A program made the position numbers and the translations under genes. A DNA stretch of 63,775 nt, filler included, from Craspedostauros australis (taxonomy: Eukaryota): the NCBI GenBank assembly GCA_030167865.1. It is 10 parts of 10 records of this genome, joined end to end, with 100 filler letters (N's around TTAATTAATTAA, not from the genome) between each part and the next. Parts side by side here need not be neighbours in the genome. Positions count along the whole stretch, not along the records: positions 3,481 to 34,419 come from JALAGF010000065.1; positions 34,520 to 35,613 come from JALAGF010000068.1; positions 35,714 to 37,447 come from JALAGF010000069.1; positions 37,548 to 42,640 come from JALAGF010000070.1; positions 42,741 to 47,830 come from JALAGF010000071.1; 5 more parts are not named here. One strand, written 5' to 3'. Under the pieces are notes generated by a model. It did not search any database. It saw only the letters and a list, made by a program, of their open reading frames with translations, and was not told the DNA's origin. Shown here piece by piece: positions 33,205-42,931 of this stretch. Each line of letters begins with the position of its first letter. The first letter of the stretch is position 1.

Positions 33205-34419
33205 ATGGACGGCTCTCCTCCTCCCACGGATCCATCCATTGCTCCGTCGGAGACCAACAGCGACAGCGAGGTCACACCAAGTGGAACGACTGGCACACCA
33301 GCGACCTTCGTCTTCCCACCATCAGTGTTGGGCAAGGATGAGAAACTCCCACCTGGTTTCGAACGCTGCACTTTCAGGTTCACGGTGGCACAGCCTCAAG
33401 CCAAAGTTGGTGCTGCCTTCGACGCGAGCAACGGCGACAACGTCGACGCGATGACCGACTCTGGCAAGCCTCATACTTCGCCATCAGTCACCCATCAGCC
33501 TCCGGCGGAACCATCGCCACCAAGCAACAGCAACAGCAGCAGCAGCAACAAAAACAAGAAGCGGGCGTACCGTCGCAAGAAGGCACCTGCACCTTCCATA
33601 TCGTCTGCGGTGGCGACAGCCAGTGATGGCAACACGCCAACCTCTCCCATCGTCCGCAAATCCAGACGAAAATTCTTCCCTCCCATGTACTACAATCTCA
33701 AGGGGAAGGTGGACCACTTCCCATGGCTCGTGAACCCCCAGCCATGCGACCGAATCCTCATTGACGTTGTCACCAGGACTCTGAAAAAGCCTTGGATACC
33801 GCCAATCGGAGTGGCATGGAGCGCGATCCGCAACGCGGTGCACGTTGAGAATTCGACAGTCTTCCCCACTGTCCCACAAGAGAAAGGGCTGAAGGGGAGA
33901 TTCGAAAATCTCATGAAGTTCACAGCTCTGTACAATCACACCCATCCTCGCAGGAGCGGCATGGCTGAGAGTGTGAAATTGTGGCTGGACGACCTCACTG
34001 CCCTGCAGCAGGAGCGCCAGGAGTACATTGACGATGTCATTGCATCGCAGACAAGAATTGCTGGGCGCAAGAGGATCACTGCAAGGCAGCAGTATCGCAT
34101 GCTAGGACTGCGCCCTCCTCAAACGCAGACACAAGCTGGAGCAGCAGCAACGGCGCGGAAACAGAATGTGGCTGCGCGTGGAGCAGCGGAAACGGCGCGG
34201 CAACAGAATGTGGTGGCGAGCAATGGCGACGACACGACCTCGAGTTTGTCGTCTGTGGAGGTGGCGACTTCCCCGAACCAAGTGCGAAATGCCAAGCAGC
34301 AGATCCAGTGCACAGTTGGTCTCCTGGAGAAGCTCGACGAAACTCAGCGTCAGTTTCAGGCATGGCTCGCTACGGCCACGCCTCCGATTCGTGCGGAACG
34401 CGGAGAAAATTCTCCGATT
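33205..34419 (+). CDS. Hypothetical protein, 3'-truncated, with possible Myb/SANT-like domain
   Basis: Open frame of more than 400 codons to the contig end; WSAIRNAV...LKGRFENLM...RRSG motif and NLS-like KNKKRAYRRKK. Confidence 0.55.
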
Positions 34420-34519
34420 NNNNNNNNNNNNNNNNNNNNNNNNNNNNNNNNNNNNNNNNNNNNTTAATTAATTAANNNNNNNNNNNNNNNNNNNNNNNNN
34501 NNNNNNNNNNNNNNNNNNN

Positions 34520-35613
34520 CGAGGATGAGTCATTCAAGACTTTCAGCTCGGAATGCGGCAAATCGAGGGCATCCACCATCTTCAGCATCCAGGAATCCAA
34601 AGATGACAGCGCCGAGATCAAAGAAGACAAGCTGGCGACAGCCATGCGGCAAGCAAGGGAAGCACAACAAGCAGAAGCCAACAGAAAGAAAGTGGAGGAC
34701 CAGAGGCAGGAACTCATCAAAAAAGACAGAATCATCGAGGAGCTGAGAGCCAAACACGCAGAAGAGGAACCCAGGAACTCAAACTCCCCCGGCTTTAGCA
34801 CGGACGGGGGCCAACAAACTGATTAACACAAGGCTGGAGGAAGGGGAAGCATCAACACCCACCTCCGCAAGCCAAACGGATGCTCTCAGGGAGGAAGTGC
34901 GTCGGAATGAGCACAACCTCCAAGTCTCTTACTGGGGAGACAACCCACGTGACAAAGGACGCCATACTATACGCATCGGCGCCCTCAACGTGGGCTGTCT
35001 ACTGGAAGAGACAGGGCATTGGAAAAACAGAGACACTTGGGAATGGACAAAGAAACTACAACTCGACGTGGCAATGTTTTCCAAAATCGGGCTGAACTGG
35101 TCCAAAGTAGCGAAACGCCACTCATGGCACTCGCGGATCAAAGGCCAATACAGCTCATGGCGCCAAACGATGGCGTACAACAAACAAGAGAAGATGGGAC
35201 CCGTACGACAATGGGGAGGCACGGGCTGCCTGATTATCAACGAAACAGCTGGGCGACACAGGGGATCAGCAGAGGATCCAAGGCAGCTAGGACGATGGTC
35301 AAGCATGGTGCTCCGCGGCAAAGACGACGCTATTGTGAGAATTGTAAGCGTGTACGTTCCAACCACATCAGGGAAAGGACCTCGCACGGTTGCAAACCAG
35401 CAATCAGCCTGGTTAGAGCTGCAGGGAATCACCGCCCCACCAATAGCCACCCTCATCGACGACCTGGAAGCAGAAATACAGCAATGGCACACACAAGGCG
35501 AAACGATCATACTGGGCGGGGACATCAACATGCAGGTTGCACACTCACAAATGGCAACAATGCTCGAGCGACAAGGCATGAAGGAAGCCATACTCAGCAA
35601 GCATCCCCAACAA
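34520..35613 (+). mobile_element. Non-LTR retrotransposon (LINE) fragment: ORF1 end (34521-34826) and ORF2 apurinic-like endonuclease (frame open 34747-35613)
   Basis: EEP-type motifs IGALNVG, WGGTG, DPRQLGRWS, IVSVYVP and ILGGDIN. The upstream frame is coiled-coil-like. Strand is A-rich. Confidence 0.85.
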
Positions 35614-37162
35614 NNNNNNNNNNNNNNNNNNNNNNNNNNNNNNNNNNNNNNNNNNNNTTAATTAATTAANNNNNNNNNNNNNNNNNNNNNNNNNNNNNNN
35701 NNNNNNNNNNNNNATATATGGTTAAATTTTAGTCTCCATAGGAGCCCATTTTTTCAGAATCCTGCCGTGGTCGTACGGTCATTGGCTGACGTGGGTCTTA
35801 ATTTGTTCAATACGTGATTTCTGAGAAAGTGTCAAAGTTCCACAATTCCTCGTGCGAAACCAACCACGCAATCCCACCGCCTCTGCCAGCGTTCACAACG
35901 AGAATCGATCGGACAGGGAACAGATCGTCTGCGTCACATGGTTCCAAATGAGAACCCCAAGCGCAACAAAGCTCGGGAAAATTGACTCAATCTCCCCTCA
36001 ATTCACCCTTCAATGGGATGGCTTGCTCGTAGCAGTGATAAAGTCTAAGACATTTGATTGGCTGGGGTCGCCGGCCATGCCAAAAAATAGCCACTCGAAC
36101 CCCTCTATTAACCAATCAGAAACAAGAAACACAACATTGCATACAGAGTTCTGTCAGTCAACATCAAAGACGTTTCTCTTTGTTCCCGAGTCTTTGTCAC
36201 GGATGCATTGAAGAATTAACGACGATATGTCTGAGTCGCTCTTTCGTGGCCATTGTTTGGAGTCGCTCGTCTGTCCGAACTTGTTGTCGTGGCTGTCTGC
36301 CAAGCACGAAGCAAATGCTGACCACCACACAAGCGTATGATGCAAACGACACAGACTTATGAATCAAACACGAACACGGAGTAGCGGCAAAAACAAATAT
36401 TGTGGACAAACAACACATGTCATCAAGCCAGAAGGCTACCTCTGACTCTCTAGATGGACAGACAGACAGACAGACCACATATGTACATTTCCTACGTGAA
36501 ACTCTTTAAGAGTATAATGGCTTACTTGTTGAGTAGCAACACAAAGGGGACAACACAATCGCAGCACCAAATAGTCGGCATGCATGTTGATGTGTGTGTG
36601 CATCACTCATACAATTGTCCTCTCAATAGGGTCAGGCAATGGTTCGTGAATGAAAAAGAGGAAGAGGAGAAAAAGGGTGTTGTGATCGTCGGAGTCGGAC
36701 GATTTCGCGCACGCTGATTTTCGAGCATTGGGGTGGGACTCCATAAATTCGGAATCAGTCCGTCACTCATTTGATTGCGGCTATATCCCTCTATTCGGTT
36801 GCGCGGCAGTCCTGTGCAGTTTCGCTGCTCGAAACTCAATGTGGGCCTTCACAGGGGCTGGTGGCTGAGAAACTGGATGCGATAGTCATAATGCTCCGTA
36901 TGAATCTCGTGTTGCCGATGACGGTCTTTTCGGGATGTTCTTGGCAGGACGTGAGGGACAAATGCTCTTGAGCCGAGTTGACCAACTCGTTTCCGTCTTG
37001 ATCGGAAACTGTGTCAACTGTCAGTGATAACCAACCAACAGGGACAAACAACAATGGAATCGCAGTGGATGGTCACAAAATGAAGAAACAGAGCAAATCC
37101 ATCTCGCATAATCTAATATTATACGACTATCTGTTCACATACCCACCTTCTCTCCCTCCATC

Positions 37163-37447
37163 ATGCGCGACGACGACCATGATCAAACGACCGAAGACAG
37201 TTCTGGCGATGTCGCAACAACCGCATCCGATACACCCAGAGGCAATGATGAGCACTCTCCTCTGCCAGACATCACAGATGATGTCGAAGCCGGCATCATC
37301 AAGCCACAATCATTGCCTCCGTCGCAGGCATCAACGACATTGGCTTCGTCCGACGGCATCAGCAGCCCTGCTGTCATCAGCGAGCATGATGTCATCCACA
37401 AATCCATCCAAAACAAATCCTTCCTCGACCATCTCAAGTTCGTCGTC
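37163..37447 (+). CDS. N-terminal fragment of an unknown protein, cut by contig end
   Basis: ATG-initiated acidic, Ser-rich frame open to the linker; function not assignable. Confidence 0.45.
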
Positions 37448-37738
37448 NNNNNNNNNNNNNNNNNNNNNNNNNNNNNNNNNNNNNNNNNNNNTTAATTAAT
37501 TAANNNNNNNNNNNNNNNNNNNNNNNNNNNNNNNNNNNNNNNNNNNNTCGGGTGCAATCCCCGGGCATTCCAGATTTCGTCGTCTGGGGTTCGATTCCTT
37601 TCTCTTTGCCATTTTCTGTTTATCCTAACACACACATCTCCAGGTGTGCAACTGGAATTGAAGGAGGCAAGTCTATTCCAGAGTGCCGAGAGGATCGTAT
37701 TGGCTTTGCGATGGAATGTATTACAATGCAATGTGAAT

Positions 37739-40537
37739 TTATGGATATGATTCATCGAGACCAAGCTGTTCGTTGACACACTTCACGATCTCGTGCTCGA
37801 AAGCCGATAGGCTTGCCGGGAGGTCATCCGTACTGCTGACGTCGCAGTAGCAGTTTTCGCTTTCGTCATCGTCGGCGGCAGCGTTGTCGCCATCGTTGTC
37901 GGCGTCCAGATTCCGGCCGCGACCTCGGACCATCGACGGCGACGTTGACGATGGCTTCGCCGGCTCTGCCATGGATGCAGATTCCAGCCTTTCGCTTCGT
38001 TCTTGGCGGATGCTCTCGCGAGCCAACGCGCGTCGTTGGCGTTGATTCTCAGCTGAATCATCCATGGCGAATGTACCCACGGACGGATTCCTGAACTTGG
38101 TATTGCTTAGGTCTTGTGTCCACCGATCCTTCTGACCCATTGCAGCCACCAGAGCGCGGTTGCGGCTCCGATTGCGACGACGATCACCCCCATCCAAAGT
38201 GTCGAAGAGCTGCACCGTGGATATGTTGCATCCTCGGCACTGGGCCTTCACGTCGTACGTGATCGTCGGCGTCGTATCCGAAGCAGACGTCAACGTAGCC
38301 TCCATGATCGACACGAAATTCGAATCGCACACTTCGAGCGATGCGACTTCGTATGCCACGATGGCGCATTCCTCGAACGCCTCTCGCTCTTCGTCTGACA
38401 GCACGTCCACCGACCTTCCGTTGAGGAAAGAGGCGAAGACATTGTCAAGGGAGATCGTGGCATTGAATGGTGTGGGCTTGCTGGGGCAGCTCGTCTCCTG
38501 GACCTCCTGGATGATTTCGAAGGTGTTACTTGCATCTTCATCCAGCAGTGCGAGGGCTTCCGATGGCAGAGGAGCACGGTTCGCCAGCTTGTTCGAGACA
38601 GGACAGTAGCATAGCTTGGATGACACATCAGATATTGGTTCCCCTGGTGGCGGTAGCGACGACGATGGCGGCGGTGGTAGCGGCAAGCCAGTGTTGAGTG
38701 ATCTTTGGACAGCACTCGTCTGCCATTGGACATCGTCTTCGTCGAAGCTGTCCCAATCGATCTTGTACCGTGGGTCGCTTTCGAGATGTCGGGCATAGTG
38801 GAAGGTAATGTCATCGGAGAAGCTGAATGAGTTGGCGCAGCTGATACAAATCCCAGCCAATGCGTACAGAAACATACTGTAGCCGATGGAGCCTGAGAAG
38901 TCAGTGGAGGTTTGCAGATGGCGTGTTTGTTCGCGTTCCTCGAGTTGCTGCAACATGCGCCTTCGCTTGTCGGAGGCTCCGGTGGTGTCGCGCCGTTCAA
39001 TGGCTGTGAGCTGGCGATGGGTTCTGTCGCAGGTATCTTGAGAGAAGTAGTTGAGTTCGTTGTAAGCGGCGAGAATGTCTTGTTCCAGGTCGGCCATATC
39101 ATCGGCGTCGGATACATTGACTTGATTTGTGTTGATCAAGATGGCGACGGTGCTGGTGAATGTTTCGAACAGATCCGTAGTGTTGGTGCAAGCAGGATCT
39201 TCCTGGACTTGGANNNNNNNNNNNNNNNNNNNNNNNNNNNNNNNNNNNNNNNNNNNNNNNNNNNNNNNNNNNNNNNNNNNNNNNNNNCTCGTCTTCTCGA
39301 GTCCGGCTGCCGTGCTGGCGTCACGTTGCAATGCCCGGGATCGCCTAACTTCTGCCATCTTCTGTTCCAACACGGTGATAAACTCATCCTTGAAGTCGCC
39401 CCGACGGGGACCACGGCAATCCTGGCATGCGCTTTCGGCTTCTGTGCCAGCATCCTCTGGTGTCACTGTCTTGCTGAGCGATTCGAGGGTTGGGTCAGCG
39501 ATTGTTGTAGGAGTGGATGGTTGCACTTCGTCCGAGTTCTTCGTGGTCTTCACCGTGGCAGGTTCCAATGTGTGCTTCTTGAGCATACGGTGCGTCGCAA
39601 ACGACAGACGTCCGCTTGAGTTCTTGTTGGCATCAGATATTGGCGAATGAAGATCGAGATGGTCGGCTGTACGCTCAGCAGTTGCGCCTTTCTTCTGTGG
39701 CATGTCTTTCTTTGTAGGTGCGTCTCGTGGTTCGGGGTGTTGTCCTGGATGAGCGATGGAAGGTTGGGCAGCACTGTCCGAGTTATCAGACAGGAGGACG
39801 CCACGGTCCTCGGCGGTGGCCAGGATATCAGTCAAACGAAGTGTGGCGTCGCCATCATTATTGTTGTTCCCATCAGAGATATCAGCCAACCGCCGACGAG
39901 CGTCGTTGTCGCTGTTGTCGTTGGCATCGACGTCGAAGTCGATGTCCTCAAAGAAGAGCTCGGCGCGTTCGAGGCCATCGACATTGATGGTCTTGCAGCT
40001 GTTGCATTCCAGGAGCATCTCCAGAACCAAAGTCATCTTTCGAGGCTTCTTCTGTTCCATCTTCTTCTCACCAGATGTCCCAGCAAAGCCTTTGACTTCT
40101 GTCGATACGTCGGCGACCCTGCAGTTCTTGACCAACCTCACAGATCCCTGCTGGGGACATGACGCCAAGTTGTTGTAGGCGATCTCAAAGGACTCCGACA
40201 GCATTTGCTTATCTTCGTCGCTCAAGTCTTCTGGGACACCTTTAAGACGAACGAACGCAGCCGTTTCGAAAACCTCAGGCGTCGCCTCGCAGATCACGGA
40301 GGTGTCCGTTTCGTTGTCTTCATCCAGCACATCCCATGTGTCGCCTATGGGCTCTTCCACTGGGCCTTCGAGCACCTCCAGGGCATCCTCATCGAGGGAG
40401 GCGGACACGAAAGTAGTGCCACCCGTACCGTTGCCTGGCATAGATTGGCACAACAGGAGCAGGACCAAGACTATGGTGGTGACTACAAGTCTATGTTGCC
40501 AAAGGCCTCCTCGTTGTCGTTGGTATGTCACCCTCAT
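37739..40537 (-). CDS. Secreted acidic protein with many RxL sites and three Cys-containing repeats (copy A; N gap 39214-39287)
   Basis: Hydrophobic N-terminal segment; three repeats of AY(N/E)...C ... CxxC ... (L/S)F; more than ten RxL motifs. Confidence 0.85.
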   Translation of the reverse strand: MRVTYQRQRGGLWQHRLVVTTIVLVLLLLCQSMPGNGTGGTTFVSASLDEDALEVLEGPVEEPIGDTWDVLDEDNETDTSVICEATPEVFETAAFVRLKGVPEDLSDEDKQMLSESFEIAYNNLASCPQQGSVRLVKNCRVADVSTEVKGFAGTSGEKKMEQKKPRKMTLVLEMLLECNSCKTINVDGLERAELFFEDIDFDVDANDNSDNDARRRLADISDGNNNNDGDATLRLTDILATAEDRGVLLSDNSDSAAQPSIAHPGQHPEPRDAPTKKDMPQKKGATAERTADHLDLHSPISDANKNSSGRLSFATHRMLKKHTLEPATVKTTKNSDEVQPSTPTTIADPTLESLSKTVTPEDAGTEAESACQDCRGPRRGDFKDEFITVLEQKMAEVRRSRALQRDASTAAGLEKTXXXXXXXXXXXXXXXXXXXXXXXXXXQVQEDPACTNTTDLFETFTSTVAILINTNQVNVSDADDMADLEQDILAAYNELNYFSQDTCDRTHRQLTAIERRDTTGASDKRRRMLQQLEEREQTRHLQTSTDFSGSIGYSMFLYALAGICISCANSFSFSDDITFHYARHLESDPRYKIDWDSFDEDDVQWQTSAVQRSLNTGLPLPPPPSSSLPPPGEPISDVSSKLCYCPVSNKLANRAPLPSEALALLDEDASNTFEIIQEVQETSCPSKPTPFNATISLDNVFASFLNGRSVDVLSDEEREAFEECAIVAYEVASLEVCDSNFVSIMEATLTSASDTTPTITYDVKAQCRGCNISTVQLFDTLDGGDRRRNRSRNRALVAAMGQKDRWTQDLSNTKFRNPSVGTFAMDDSAENQRQRRALARESIRQERSERLESASMAEPAKPSSTSPSMVRGRGRNLDADNDGDNAAADDDESENCYCDVSSTDDLPASLSAFEHEIVKCVNEQLGLDESYP

Positions 40538-42931
40538 AGTTGCTGTAGGCTACTGATGGTTGCTGATGGTGAAATGTGTTGCGGTTGGTTGAGTGTTGTA
40601 TTATGTGATTTGATGGTATTCGCAGAATGCAAGATGTGGCTACTTGTGGCGATTGCGTGTCGGCCACCTCTTTCTCTTTGAGTTCCTCGCTGTCTTGTTA
40701 TTATGAGTTACTTGTGTTCGGATGGGGAGGTCCTTTGGGAGGTGCCGCCCTGTCTTCCTCGTCTTCTTTGCACCGCCTCACTTTTTGTTCATCGCAACAA
40801 GTATCAGCCCAAGCATGCATCATGGTGTGCACAGTATACATGAGATGGATTGCCTTCGCGATAGTGCCGACAACGAGAACGACGGCGACTTCACTCGTCT
40901 GCTCTCTCCAGACAAGCGACCCAGAGATCGTGCACAAGTGTTCGTGGAGGGATACGGAAACCGGGAGCGGGGCTGTTGCATGGTGGTAGAGCAGAACAAG
41001 AAGCAAGAAAGACGACAGCCCATGAATCGGTACTTTCGAGTATGCTCCGATACCCAAAGCAGACAAACGCCCCGTTTTTTCTGTTGTCTTGTCCCTCTTG
41101 TTGCGCTCGCACAAACTCTCTACGGCAACTCTTGACGAGAAAAGGTGACATTTGCAGAGTGTGCCACTTTTTGCGATGCGGCCCAAGCAGACTCGGAGGG
41201 TATCAAAGCCAGCCGACCTCAACGTTTCGTCTCAGAGAAGGCGACTGAGCATTCGCGTCAAAGGTGTTGCAGAGATAAAAAAGTGGGCTCAAATGTTTCA
41301 GCACAGCTAAGAAAAGGTGACACACGCAGGCAACTTGATCGTGCAGCGAATACATCGAATCACGAAGACATCGGTCTTGGGCAATACCAATACATCACGA
41401 ATCGTGCATTCTCCGATCACGAGAGGGGCGAATGGAGCGGGGACGTCTTGGATGCGGGTGCAACTTGGAGAGCTCTTGCCCACAAACTGGGACGAAACGG
41501 ATGGACGTCGAGCGCGCGTGGTCCGAGCACAGCATCGAACTCTCTCTTCCGTACAACAACTCTTGTGCAATCGCGTGTGCAGGTGTGAAGGTTGATGTGG
41601 TCTCTGCCATGCTCATCCTCGCACGAGCGGGAACCGCACCAGCAAGGAGAATGTGCGAGATTGTGGATGAGCGTCTTATCTGGCGATGTTGGACCGACGC
41701 AACCTCCTCGGTCCAATGTCTTTGATGTCGCTTTTTGTGCCCTTCGGCGTCAAGAGCGGTGAACATTGGGCATGATCTGCCTCGTGCACGTATCTCTCAT
41801 GCTCGCATGTAACTCCAGAGATCCCAAGGGAGTTGCTCTCTCTCTCTCTCTCTCTGTCTGTCTACAGGTGACTCCAGGTCGCACCACGAGGCCCCCACGT
41901 CACCTCTGATTGCGATTTGTTTGGGAAGTGAGGGGGAATGCAACTCGGAGAAGTGATCATCCCACAGGGGCAGACGCACCATTCCACGCAAACCTTGCAG
42001 CGCGCCTCCAGGGTCGCGACTGATCATTGAACAACTGTCCTGTAGTCGTGCAGAGCAGATCGTTCTTTGCACCACGCCAAGCAAGCTTGAACCTGTCCTG
42101 ACATCACGATGAACTCGTGCGTCGGCACTCTTTCTCAGTTCTTTCCATGTCTATCTCCACAGAATAAGTATTCGCAGAACAGAGGAGACAAGAACAGAAA
42201 CAGAGGAGATAGTGCGTGTCTGTGGAAGTCCGCGCGTCAGCAGTCTTGGATCAGCATGATCTTGTGCGGCCGATGGCGTGTCGCGTCTCGAATGTGCGAT
42301 TGACAATGGGAAGCCTCACGAACCTGTCTCGAGAGTATCCTTTCTTGACAACAACACATGCTTCGATAGGACGGTACAGCAACAGTAGTACCCTCGAAAG
42401 CACTCGGCTCTGTTCTGCCATTCACTATGACTCCACTCTCCAGTTTCAAAAGTATACATTGTTATTGTGCATGTAATTGTGTGTAGAATAGGCAGGCCAT
42501 GCCATTGTCTAGTATGCTCTCCGCGTGTTCAATGTGTGAATGGACGATTCAACTCACTGCAGGGCTCACTGTTGACCGTTGACCAGGTCCCGCCACTCCT
42601 CCCTGTTCAGTCGATCCAGCTTGTTAATCTCATGCTTCAGNNNNNNNNNNNNNNNNNNNNNNNNNNNNNNNNNNNNNNNNNNNNTTAATTAATTAANNNN
42701 NNNNNNNNNNNNNNNNNNNNNNNNNNNNNNNNNNNNNNNNTCGGGTGCAATCCCCGGGCATTCCAGATTTCGTCGTCTGGGGTTCGATTCCTTTCTCTTT
42801 GCCATTTTCTGTTTATCCTAACACACACATCTCCAGGTGTGCAACTGGAATTGAAGGAGGCAAGTCTATTCCAGAGTGCCGAGAGGATCGTATTGGCTTT
42901 GCGATGGAATGTATTACAATGCAATGTGAAT

